Positions 39,065-48,340 of a stretch of DNA of 64,000 nt are shown in pieces; position 1 is the first letter of the stretch; the number at the start of each line of letters is the position of its first letter. The notes under the pieces are model-generated. The model was given only the letters and a program-made list of their open reading frames with translations. It made no database searches and was not told the origin of the DNA. The translations under genes were made by a program, and so were the position numbers. Source of the stretch: an uncultured Salinibacterium sp. (GTDB taxonomy: Bacteria > Actinomycetota > Actinomycetes > Actinomycetales > Microbacteriaceae); assembly GCA_964477625.1 (NCBI GenBank), contig CAYZHZ010000002.1:11444-75443 (forward strand), in the 5' to 3' direction.

Positions 39065-40594
39065 CTAGGAAAGTGACGCGTCCCAGAAGAAGAAGTACTC
39101 ATCGAACCTCGGCTCAAATCCCTGCAGGGACTTGCTCACACCGATGTTCTGCTTGGGTACGTAGAGGAATCCGACCGCCGCGTCGTCCCAGATGATCCTC
39201 TGGGCCGCCTTGACGTCTGTGCTCCTCTTCTCGGGGTCGGCCGTTCCCGCCGCCGACTTCAGCAACGCCGTCGCCTCGGGGTTGTCGTAACCCATGGGGT
39301 ACGCAGCCGTGTCCTTGGCGAACAGCGAGAGCAGCATCGACGTGAGCACGTTGTCGTCGGCGCTCCAGCCGACCATCCACATGTCGAACGGCGTGGTGCC
39401 ACCGGCCTCAGAGATCTGCGACCTCATCGACGCGTAGTCGATGACATTGAGCTCGATGTTGAAGCCCACGGCCTGCAGCTGGTTGGCGAGCGCCTGTCCG
39501 ACGAGGTCGTCGTTGGGGTAGCGACCGGTACCGATGGTCAGCTGCAGCGGCGTTCCGTCGTAGCCGGCTTCGGCCATGAGGCTCATCGCCTTGTCGGGGT
39601 CAAAGTCGTACGACAGATCGGTGAGGCAGTCTTCCGAAAGCGGCGCACAGGGGCCACCGGGTACTGCTGCAGAGCCCTGCAGGATCGTGCCGGTGATCTC
39701 TTCCTTGTCGATCGCGTAGTTGATCGCCTGGCGGATCGTCGGGTTGTCCAGGGGCGCCTTGTTGACGTCCATGGCGAGGAAGACGAGTCGAACCGTCTCG
39801 GCCGAGAGAACAGTGGTGTCATCGGCGCTGTTGATCGCATCGACCGACTGGAACGGCACGGTGTCGATCATCTGCACCTCACCCTTCTGGAGGGCTGCGA
39901 CGCGCGTGCTCTGGTCCGGGATGATGCGGAAGACGAGCTCGTCGATCTGCGGCACGTCGCCCCAGTAGTCCGGGTTCGCCTTGAGCGAGACCGACTCACG
40001 AGGGGTGAAGCTGTCGAAGAGGAACGGTCCCGTGCCGACCGGGTTGGTCGCCTGATCCGCGTAGCCGGGGTCGATCATGTCGACCGTAGTGAGCTCGTTC
40101 AGGAGGCGGGTCGTGGGGGAGGTCAGCTTGACCTCGAGGGTGTTCTCGTCGATGACGGTGACCGTGTCGATGAGGCCCTGCAAGTAGTAGGCGCTCCACG
40201 CCGTGGCATCCGGCGCGATGACCGCGTCGATGTTGGCCTTGGCGACGTCCGCGTTGAAGGCAGTGCCGTTGGTGAAGGTAACACCCTCCTGCAGCTTGAA
40301 GGTCACCGTCGTCGGATCGGTCTGCTCCCACGACGCGGCGAGAGCGGGCTCGATCTCACCCGTGGGGCTGAACTGAACCAGCGGCTCGGTGATGTGACGC
40401 AGCACACTGAAGCTACCCGCCGAGCCTTGCTCGCGAATGTCGAGCGTTCCGAGGTCTTGACCGATTGCCACGGTGAGGACCTGGGAATCCGAACCGGAAT
40501 CGGTTGATCCCGTAGGAGAACATGCGGTGACGAGTGCAACGGTTGCCACGACGGCCACGGTTGCGCTCCACCTCTTCAACCATTTGTGATTCAT
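39065..40594 (-). CDS. Peptide ABC substrate-binding lipoprotein (SBP family 5)
   Basis: Lipobox VTAC; PALAASW, VGTGPF, NPDYWG, RQAINYAID. Confidence 0.95.
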   Translation of the reverse strand: MNHKWLKRWSATVAVVATVALVTACSPTGSTDSGSDSQVLTVAIGQDLGTLDIREQGSAGSFSVLRHITEPLVQFSPTGEIEPALAASWEQTDPTTVTFKLQEGVTFTNGTAFNADVAKANIDAVIAPDATAWSAYYLQGLIDTVTVIDENTLEVKLTSPTTRLLNELTTVDMIDPGYADQATNPVGTGPFLFDSFTPRESVSLKANPDYWGDVPQIDELVFRIIPDQSTRVAALQKGEVQMIDTVPFQSVDAINSADDTTVLSAETVRLVFLAMDVNKAPLDNPTIRQAINYAIDKEEITGTILQGSAAVPGGPCAPLSEDCLTDLSYDFDPDKAMSLMAEAGYDGTPLQLTIGTGRYPNDDLVGQALANQLQAVGFNIELNVIDYASMRSQISEAGGTTPFDMWMVGWSADDNVLTSMLLSLFAKDTAAYPMGYDNPEATALLKSAAGTADPEKRSTDVKAAQRIIWDDAAVGFLYVPKQNIGVSKSLQGFEPRFDEYFFFWDASLS

Positions 40595-40889
40595 TGTGAA
40601 ATCCCTTTCGTTCATACCTCGTTGTAGAACTGCTCCGCCCAGATTCATTCAGGCCTCGCCCTCGGGTCGAGCTGCTTCTGGCGTTGACCAGTAGCACCTC
40701 GAACACATGTTCGTGTTCAACTCCTGAATGCATGCTGCACAGCACTCAGGAAGCCCGATTCTGGGCCTCGCATAGGTTCGGACACTGCTCCCGTGCGGGC
40801 TTAGACGGCACGTTACGGCATGTTCACGCTGCGCACAAGTCGTCGCAGAAAGAACATTCTTCGAATTTCGACCTCCGGCGAGCAGTAAA

Positions 40890-42215
40890 TTAGCGGGTAC
40901 TGAAAGGGGACGTCGGCGTGCGCGTTGTTGCGACCGCGGTGTTGTAGAGGGACTCCGTGGAGGCGTCGAGGTACCCCCAGGTCTGCAGGTGCGTGGCATA
41001 GGCATTCGGGTCGACCACACCGTTCGAATCGCGGTAGGCCGCCCATGCAGCCGAGTTGGGGTCGTCGTTCCATTGCGAATGGATGATCGGGGCGTGGCCC
41101 GTCACGCCGATGAGCCCCTCGTCAGCGTTGCCGTCCACCTGGATCACGCGAGCCCCGAACGACGGCGAGCGCGGATCGGTGCGACTGATGCGGCCCCACT
41201 GTGCCTCCTGGTCTGCCGTCGCCTCCCCCGCGTAGACATGATCCGCGTGCAGCGCGGCAGCACCAGCGATGCGTTCCTCGATGCCGGCCGACCCGAGCAT
41301 GACGAAGGCGAAGAGCCGCAGGTCGGTGTCGGCGATCGCGTTGGCAGCCATGGTCGTGCCGTAGGAGTGACCAACGACGCTCACCGTCGCAACAGGATCG
41401 TCCTGCCGGGTGGCGTACAGACCCTGGATGTCCGCCGCCAGCCGTGGCGCCCCCCGGGTCGCGTACGCGCCGAGCGTCGCGTCGATCCCGGGCGGGGGCG
41501 TGCGGTAGTTCAGCCACGCGACGACTGCGCGACTCTCCGGCGCACCCACCTTCCCTTGCGCGAGGTAGAGGTTCTCGGCCGACTGCGTCCACAGGGACAT
41601 GTCGTTCGTGTACGTACCCATCCCCGGAACGCTGAAGGTGACCTGTTCGGCCGAGTCGAGGTTGCCTACCGCGACAGCAGCGAGGGGCAGCTCGTCGTCA
41701 ACGAGCAGCACGAGGTACCGCTTCACTTCACGCTTGCCGTTGATCGCGGTCTTGATGGCCTTGAGCGCTTCGAGAGTCTGTCGCGCCTGCCCGTTGTCGG
41801 GATCCGACTTGAGATTCGCCGTCTCCCGAGCGATCAGCCTGTCGAGTACCTTGCGGTTGGCATAGTCGCGTATCCCGTAGGGCACCCCATCGAGGGCGCC
41901 GGTGATTTCCGGCGACGTCGCGATGAGGTTCTTGCGCTCGGCGGGCGTCGCGAGGCGCCACCAGCGCGCCGTGTGCGCCGACTCGGCATTGGCCAGCTCG
42001 GCGATCATCTCGGGGTGCTCCTCGAGGTACCTCTGGGCATCCTCCGGCGAGAGAGAAGAGATGTAGTCGAGCCGGGTCTGCACGTCGTTCGCGCGAATCT
42101 GCACCACGACGACAATCGCGATGATGAGGGCCGCGACAACACCGGCGATGACACCGAGGATGATGCGGCGCCGGCTGCGACGGGGCGCGCCGCCCCTCGC
42201 CCCCCGTTCGACCAT
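40890..42215 (-). CDS. Membrane-anchored alpha/beta hydrolase (Abhydrolase_8/DUF1023-like)
   Basis: N-terminal TM helix; LDGVPYGIRDYANR, AVGNLD, VPGMG, GHSYG nucleophile elbow. Confidence 0.85.
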   Translation of the reverse strand: MVERGARGGAPRRSRRRIILGVIAGVVAALIIAIVVVVQIRANDVQTRLDYISSLSPEDAQRYLEEHPEMIAELANAESAHTARWWRLATPAERKNLIATSPEITGALDGVPYGIRDYANRKVLDRLIARETANLKSDPDNGQARQTLEALKAIKTAINGKREVKRYLVLLVDDELPLAAVAVGNLDSAEQVTFSVPGMGTYTNDMSLWTQSAENLYLAQGKVGAPESRAVVAWLNYRTPPPGIDATLGAYATRGAPRLAADIQGLYATRQDDPVATVSVVGHSYGTTMAANAIADTDLRLFAFVMLGSAGIEERIAGAAALHADHVYAGEATADQEAQWGRISRTDPRSPSFGARVIQVDGNADEGLIGVTGHAPIIHSQWNDDPNSAAWAAYRDSNGVVDPNAYATHLQTWGYLDASTESLYNTAVATTRTPTSPFSTR

Positions 42216-42242
42216 CCTTAAAAAGTACCCCGCCCCTCCCGC

Positions 42243-42300
42243 CGAGGTAGCCACTTCTGTGGGTGCCAGCGCCGCAGCATCCACAGAACTGGCTACCTCG
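42243..42300. repeat. Long imperfect palindrome (about 24-bp stem) between divergent hydrolase genes
   Basis: cgaggtagcca-c-ttctgtgg-gtgc...gcat-ccacagaa-c-tggctacctcg. Confidence 0.8.
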
Positions 42301-42319
42301 AGGCCCTAGAATCCGGCAC

Positions 42320-43180
42320 ATGAGCTGGCAGCAGAACCTCACCGCGGGCATCATCCGTGTCACCATGCGCGCCTCGTTTCTCTTGCCTTCGCTCGCCGGT
42401 CCCCCGGGCCGCGCGGTACCGCCGCGGGGTGTCACGACCGAGGCCGCGACCATCGCCGACGTCCCCTGCTTCTGGATCGGCAGCGGCGCGCGAGATGACG
42501 TGATCGTCTACCTGCACGGCGGCGGATACTCCGGTCAGGCATCCCGCGTGCACTGGGACTGGTCGCACACGGTGTCAGGTCTGGTGGGGGTGCCCGTGCT
42601 GCTCGTGGACTACGCGCTCTCTGGGGAACATACCTACCCCTACGCGGTCGAGCAGGTGATCGGTGTCATCACCGAGCTGCGCAAGCAGGGGGCGCGACGC
42701 GTGCTGCTCGGCGGGGATAGCGCAGGCGGCGGCCTTGCCGTCGCCGTGGCATCGAGGCTGCGGGATGCGGGCGAGGGCGTGACGGGTCTCATCCTCATCT
42801 CCCCCTGGCTCGATGTCACTCTCGCCGACCCCGCGATCCAGGCTCTCGTTCGTCACGACGTCATGCTCACGGTCGACGGTCTGCTCGAGGCCGGTCGCGC
42901 CTACGCGGGTGAGGTGGATGCCCGCACGCCGGGCATCTCGCCCCTCTACGGCCACCCCGCCGGACTGCCCGCGGCCATCGTTCACGTCGGCGACAGGGAG
43001 CTGTTCCTGCCAGACGACACCGCGTGGGCATCCGCCGTCACGGCCGCGGGTGGCGACGTCGAACTGCACGTCATCCCCGGCGGATTTCACGTCAGCCCCG
43101 TGTTTGTGCGGCTTCCCGAGAGTCGTCGCGCAATCGCCCAGCAGGTCGAGTTCGCGAGACGGATGCTGCCCTCGAGCTAG
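42320..43180 (+). CDS. HSL-family esterase/lipase (alpha/beta hydrolase 3)
   Basis: HGGGY, GDSAGG, ISPWLD, GFH; TAGAAT -10 gives a leaderless start. Confidence 0.92.
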   Translation: MSWQQNLTAGIIRVTMRASFLLPSLAGPPGRAVPPRGVTTEAATIADVPCFWIGSGARDDVIVYLHGGGYSGQASRVHWDWSHTVSGLVGVPVLLVDYALSGEHTYPYAVEQVIGVITELRKQGARRVLLGGDSAGGGLAVAVASRLRDAGEGVTGLILISPWLDVTLADPAIQALVRHDVMLTVDGLLEAGRAYAGEVDARTPGISPLYGHPAGLPAAIVHVGDRELFLPDDTAWASAVTAAGGDVELHVIPGGFHVSPVFVRLPESRRAIAQQVEFARRMLPSS

Positions 43181-44076
43181 CCGAGTCCGTGGTTCTTCTC
43201 GCCACCGCTCGACCCCGAAACCGGCTTGCGAGACAGCCCCACCGAGCCGCCGTCGGACTCCCGCGAGGTCGCGGCGGCGACGGCATCCGCGTCAGAGGCC
43301 TTCGTGTAGGCGTGACGTAGCGCCACGGGCTCGATCTCCTTCGCGAGCGCCTTCTTGCGTCGGGCGGCATAGGTCAGGTTGAGAGCCTCGACGATGATCG
43401 CGAAGGCAATCGGCACGTAGATGAGCGCCTTGTCGATGTGCACGTCGAAGCCGTCGGCGACGAGCGTCACGCCGATGAGCACGAGGAAGGCAAGCGCGAG
43501 CATCTTCACCGAGGGGTGCTTGTTGACGAAGGAGAAGATGTACTTCGACGCGAAGAGCATGAGGCCGAACGACAGCACGACCGCGGCGATGATGACGACG
43601 ATCTCGTCGACCATGCCGACGGCGGTGATCACGGAGTCAAACGAAAAGACGATGTCGAGCAGCAGAATCTGCGCGATGACGGCACCGAACGTGACGGCCT
43701 TCCCGGGCTTGCCGGACTGACCGGACTCCGACTCGGCGCCCTCAAGCTTCTCGTGAATCTCGTGCACGGCCTTGTAGATGAGGAACAGACCACCCAGGAT
43801 CAGGATCAGGTCACGGCCCGAGAAACCCATGCCGAAGAGCTCGAAGAGGTCGTTGGTGAGCGAGATGATCCACGAGGCGAAGAACAGCAGACCGATGCGC
43901 ATGAGCATCGCAAGGCTGAGGCCGAGGTTGCGCGCCTTCGCCTGCTGATCTTTCGGGAGCTTGCTCGCGAGGATCGAGATGAAGATCACGTTGTCGACGC
44001 CGAGAACGATCTCGAGCACGAAGAGCGTGAGGAAGGCGACGATCAGATCGGGTGTCAGGTCGAGGGATAAGTCCAC
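43177..44076 (-). CDS. TerC-family membrane protein
   Basis: LEIVLGVDN, SGRDLILILGG, LDIVFSFDSVITAVG. Confidence 0.93.
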   Translation of the reverse strand: MDLSLDLTPDLIVAFLTLFVLEIVLGVDNVIFISILASKLPKDQQAKARNLGLSLAMLMRIGLLFFASWIISLTNDLFELFGMGFSGRDLILILGGLFLIYKAVHEIHEKLEGAESESGQSGKPGKAVTFGAVIAQILLLDIVFSFDSVITAVGMVDEIVVIIAAVVLSFGLMLFASKYIFSFVNKHPSVKMLALAFLVLIGVTLVADGFDVHIDKALIYVPIAFAIIVEALNLTYAARRKKALAKEIEPVALRHAYTKASDADAVAAATSRESDGGSVGLSRKPVSGSSGGEKNHGLG

Positions 44077-44285
44077 AGTTCACAGTATGGGGAACGAAGC
44101 CTTCGAAGCTGAGAAAATCCCTTCGAGCCGGGCGGCGTCTACGCCCCGCGCTCTAGGCCCCGAACGCGACCGAGACGAACTCCTCCGCAAACGAGGTAGC
44201 GGCGGGCGTGCCCACCCACACGCTGGGGCGACCGAACGACGCCGGATACGGCCGATCGTCGATCACAAGTGCTCCACGCGTGAGT

Positions 44286-44546
44286 TCACCGCGCTTCCCG
44301 GCCGATCCCGCGTCGCGTGGTGATGAGCTGATCTTCTTCGAGCAGCATGAGGGCCTCGCGCACGACCGTGCGGCTCACACCGAGTGTCTCGCCCACCTCA
44401 GCCTCGGTCGGCAGCATCGACCCTGGTAGGGCGCGACCCGAGACGATCGCCTCCGCCACCCGCCCGTACACGGCGATGCGCAGCGGCTGGCCGGGCTTGC
44501 TCGTGACCGGCTCGGCGCCGAGGATGTGCTGCGTCGCGGTTCTCAT
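44286..44546 (-). pseudogene. Truncated GntR-family regulator (wHTH only)
   Basis: LPTEAEVGETLGVSRTVVREALMLLEED...RRGIGR, then a stop; no effector domain. Confidence 0.75.
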
Positions 44547-44566
44547 CGACGCCAGCGTAGCCGCAG

Positions 44567-44839
44567 CTAGTCGAACAGCTCGCTCAGCCAGTTCTCCTTC
44601 TTGCGCTTGCGTCCGAACTGGTCGTATCCGCCCGGCTGCTGGTAACTGTCGCGGTCGCGGTACTGCTGCTGAGCGGGCGCTGCAGGGGGCATGGATGCCG
44701 GTGCCGCCGACCCGCGCTCGATGATCTTGTCCAGCTCACCGCGATCCAGCCAGACACCGCGACAGGTGGGGCAGTAATCGATCTCGATTCCCGAGCGCTC
44801 AGACATGACCAGGGTGGATTCATCGATAGGACACTTCAT
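44567..44839 (-). CDS. zf-TFIIB zinc-ribbon protein
   Basis: MKCPID...EIDYCPTCRGVWLDRGELDKII...WLSELFD. Confidence 0.92.
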   Translation of the reverse strand: MKCPIDESTLVMSERSGIEIDYCPTCRGVWLDRGELDKIIERGSAAPASMPPAAPAQQQYRDRDSYQQPGGYDQFGRKRKKENWLSELFD

Positions 44840-44887
44840 GCTTCGACGCTACGAAACCCTCCCTGGGAGAGCGCTTGGGAACGCCGG

Positions 44888-44946
44888 GCAACTCTAGTTG
44901 CTTAAAAGCACTCATAGTTGCCGAATGACAACTTTGATTGCATACT
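44888..44946 (+). promoter_or_regulatory. Promoter TTGCCG-N17-CATACT for the MNT gene, with overlapping AGTTG/CAACT inverted repeats
   Basis: -35 at 44918-44923, -10 at 44941-44946, GTG 6 nt later; GCAACT-CT-AGTTGC (44888-44901) and AGTTG-N8-CAACT (44916-44933). Confidence 0.7.
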
Positions 44947-44952
44947 CGAGCT

Positions 44953-45585
44953 GTGGATTTGGAGTCTCCCCTACGCACTATCGCTTCGCCGGTGGAAGCC
45001 GAGACGCTGCGCGTGCTCGCTGGCTCTGACGTACAGTTCAGTGCATCCCAGGTGCAGAGGCTCACTGACTCGGCGTCTGCGTTTGGCGTGCGCAAAGCGC
45101 TAGCACGACTTGCCAACGCGGGGTTGGTACTCTCCGCGGTTCACGGACGCACTACTTTGTGGCAAGGAAATCGACAACACGTGCTGTGGCCCGCGATTGA
45201 GATGGCCGTGAACGCGAAAACCGAACTGGTGGACCGCATCCGCAATCAATTCGCAGAGCGGAATGAAATCGCCGTGTTCTTGTATGGATCGTTCGCTCGC
45301 GGGATAGCAACAAACCAGTCGGACATCGACATCCTCCTCGTCTACCCAGACGACACCGCCCACGAACGGATGATTGACGCGAGCCGAGAGTTGAGCGAAC
45401 ACATCCGAGCGTGGACCGGCAATGAGGGACACATCTTCACCATCACCAGGTCAGACCTTCGAGACTCCCTCGATCGGTCTGATCCCATCGTGGTGTCGAT
45501 TCGTGAAGATGCTGTGCCGGTCGTCGGCCCCGACTTCTCGCAGTTTGCTCGCGCACTCACGCAGCAAAGGCGATCGGTTGGCTAA
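44953..45585 (+). CDS. HTH + minimal nucleotidyltransferase (MNT) protein, putative antitoxin
   Basis: N-terminal wHTH (GVRKALARLANAGLV); GSFARGIATNQSDID = GS-X10-DXD. Confidence 0.85.
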   Translation: MDLESPLRTIASPVEAETLRVLAGSDVQFSASQVQRLTDSASAFGVRKALARLANAGLVLSAVHGRTTLWQGNRQHVLWPAIEMAVNAKTELVDRIRNQFAERNEIAVFLYGSFARGIATNQSDIDILLVYPDDTAHERMIDASRELSEHIRAWTGNEGHIFTITRSDLRDSLDRSDPIVVSIREDAVPVVGPDFSQFARALTQQRRSVG

Positions 45586-45985
45586 GAAACACACCTCCGT
45601 TCGCATGACCAAAGTCGAGGCTCGAGCGCGCCTGCGAGAGGCCCATACCTACCTCGACGCGGCGGAACTGTTCTCGGCCGGCGGCTCAATGGCAGAGAAC
45701 AAGGTCGCCGGCTCGAATGCGATACTCGCGGGGATCGCTGGAGCCGATGCGATCTGCGCGATTGTTCTTGGCGAGCGCAGCGCCGGAGACGATCACGCGC
45801 AGGCAGTCGACCTCTTGCGGAAAGCTACCTCTCCGTCGAAGAAGACCAGCAATTGCCTCGCGAGACTGCTCACCGACAAGACGCCAGTGCAGTATGGTGC
45901 CGACTCACTTTCGTCGAACGACTTGGCGAACCTCATCCGTTGGGCGAAGGAAATTGTGGCGGAGGCGGATGCCCGAAGCCTCTGA
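45578..45985 (+). CDS. HEPN-like protein, putative toxin partner
   Basis: About 135 aa helical protein overlapping the MNT stop; YLDAAE, AGIAGADAIC, RSAGDDH, KTPVQYG. Confidence 0.7.
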   Translation: MAKKHTSVRMTKVEARARLREAHTYLDAAELFSAGGSMAENKVAGSNAILAGIAGADAICAIVLGERSAGDDHAQAVDLLRKATSPSKKTSNCLARLLTDKTPVQYGADSLSSNDLANLIRWAKEIVAEADARSL

Positions 45986-46010
45986 GTACGAATAGCCGAA
46001 CTCACCGTTG

Positions 46011-46058
46011 CCGCAGATGCAAAATGGCCGCCCGTGGGCGACCATTTTCCATCTGCGG
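46011..46058 (-). terminator. Hairpin directly downstream of the tRNA-Ser 3' end
   Basis: ccgcagatg-c-aaaatgg-c-cgccc / gggcg-a-ccatttt-c-catctgcgg. Confidence 0.7.
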
Positions 46059-46114
46059 AGACGGTGGGATTTGAACCCACGGAGGAGTTTAAACCCCTCT
46101 CCACCTTAGCAGGG
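46054..46114 (-). mobile_element. 3' fragment of tRNA-Ser(GCT), probable att site of an integrated island
   Basis: Minus strand: CTGCTAA anticodon loop, GGTGG, long variable arm, GTGGGTTCAAATCCCAC T-arm, CGTCTCCG; the 5' acceptor strand and D-arm are absent. Confidence 0.85.
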
Positions 46115-46495
46115 CCACGGAACACGCATCAGGGGCCAATTCCCGCGCCCCCTGACACTGGAAACACATCCTCACACAACATCATCTGTTTCTCCGGTCC
46201 ACATCGAGTACACGCGAAGGGGCCCTCGAGGCTTGGCCTAAATCAGTCCCCGGTGGTGGCAGTCAATTCTCGCTATTGCGCCAGCGCAATAGCGAGGCGG
46301 CCGACGTCTGGACCGGGGACACTCCGTGGAGGCATCTTCCCTAACCACAACGTCGCTGAGCAGTATGCGCAGCCAGTTGGCGCCCGCGACTTCGTCCGTA
46401 CGTTGACGCGCGGGCCCGTGAGCAAATCGTCCTCATCCTCGTTTCCAACGGCACAGCTCGGTACGATCAAATGCCGAATCAGGAGGGGGAGGCCC

Positions 46496-47470
<975 letters not shown>

Positions 47471-47511
47471 TCGCAGCACTGGCGGCGGGGTGGCCCTGCG
47501 ACAATGGACCC

Positions 47512-48300
47512 ATGAGCGTGAGCGTACGAATCGGCGTCATCGGGCTGGGCGAAGCGGGATCCCTGATCGCGGGCGGGCTGCAGGCGGCGGGCGCCCTGGT
47601 CGTCGGGTTCGACCCCGTCGTGCCGGCGAATCCGCCAGTGCCCCTCGCCGAGGATGTCGCGGCCGCCGTCGCCGGAGCCGATGTGGTCATCTCGATCAAC
47701 TCCTCCACTGCTGCCCGCAAGGTCGCGGAACAGGTCGCGCCGCTGCTCGAGCCGGGCACGGTCTACGCCGACCTCAACACCGGTACCCCCGCCCTCAAGA
47801 AATCGCTCGCCGGGCTGTTTGCCGAGGGCGTGTTCGCGGATGTGGCGATCATGAGGCCGGTCCCCGGGCTCGCCGAGAAGGTCCCCATGGGCGTCGCCGG
47901 GCCCGGGGCGCGCCGGTTCCTCGAGCTCCTGGAGCCCTTCGGCCTCGACCTCGAGTACGTCTCGGAGGTGCCCGGTGAGGCGGCGGCGCGCAAGCTCCTG
48001 CGGAGCATCCTCGCCAAGGGCATGGCGGCCGTGCTCATCGATACCCTCTGGGCGGCCGAGACCATGGGTCTGCAGGACTGGGCGTACGAGGAGATTCTGC
48101 GTGAGTTCGAGTCGACCTCCCCCGAGACTGCCAAGCGCTATCTCACCGGCACCGCTCAGCACGTCAAGCGCCGTCAGATCGAGATGATGGATGTCACCGA
48201 GATGCTGAACGAGGTCGGCTACCAGTCGACCATGGTCGACGGCGTCGCGCTCACCTACTCGCGCATCCTGCACAGCAAGAAGATCCCGTTCAGCCGGTGA
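47512..48300 (+). CDS. NAD(P)-dependent oxidoreductase (6PGDH/HIBADH-like, DUF1932-type)
   Basis: GVIGLGEAG, YADLNT, ARKLLRSILAKG, HVKRRQIEM. Confidence 0.85.
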   Translation: MSVSVRIGVIGLGEAGSLIAGGLQAAGALVVGFDPVVPANPPVPLAEDVAAAVAGADVVISINSSTAARKVAEQVAPLLEPGTVYADLNTGTPALKKSLAGLFAEGVFADVAIMRPVPGLAEKVPMGVAGPGARRFLELLEPFGLDLEYVSEVPGEAAARKLLRSILAKGMAAVLIDTLWAAETMGLQDWAYEEILREFESTSPETAKRYLTGTAQHVKRRQIEMMDVTEMLNEVGYQSTMVDGVALTYSRILHSKKIPFSR

Positions 48301-48334
48301 TCGAGCTCGTCGAGATCGGTCTCGACAGGCTCGA
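48301..48334. repeat. Palindromic REP-like/bidirectional terminator element
   Basis: tcgagc-tc-gtcgaga-tcgg-tctcgac-ag-gctcga between convergent genes. Confidence 0.65.
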
Positions 48335-48340
48335 GCCCCC

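Noticed and set aside
44077-44285. yybP-ykoY (Mn) riboswitch upstream of the TerC gene
   Set aside because: No recognisable riboswitch structure; a -10-like element lies just before the start, suggesting a leaderless gene.
46054-46145. Intact tRNA-Ser gene
   Set aside because: The 5' acceptor strand and D-arm are missing and the anticodon stem cannot pair fully; called as an att-like fragment instead.
46241-46266. Possible IS21-like terminal sequence (agtccccggtggtggc)
   Set aside because: Short resemblance from memory only; no transposase, partner end or target duplication seen.
46034-46495. 154-aa N-terminal extension of the aldo/keto reductase
   Set aside because: It reads through the tRNA fragment and non-coding DNA; a strong RBS precedes ATG 46496, where family similarity begins.
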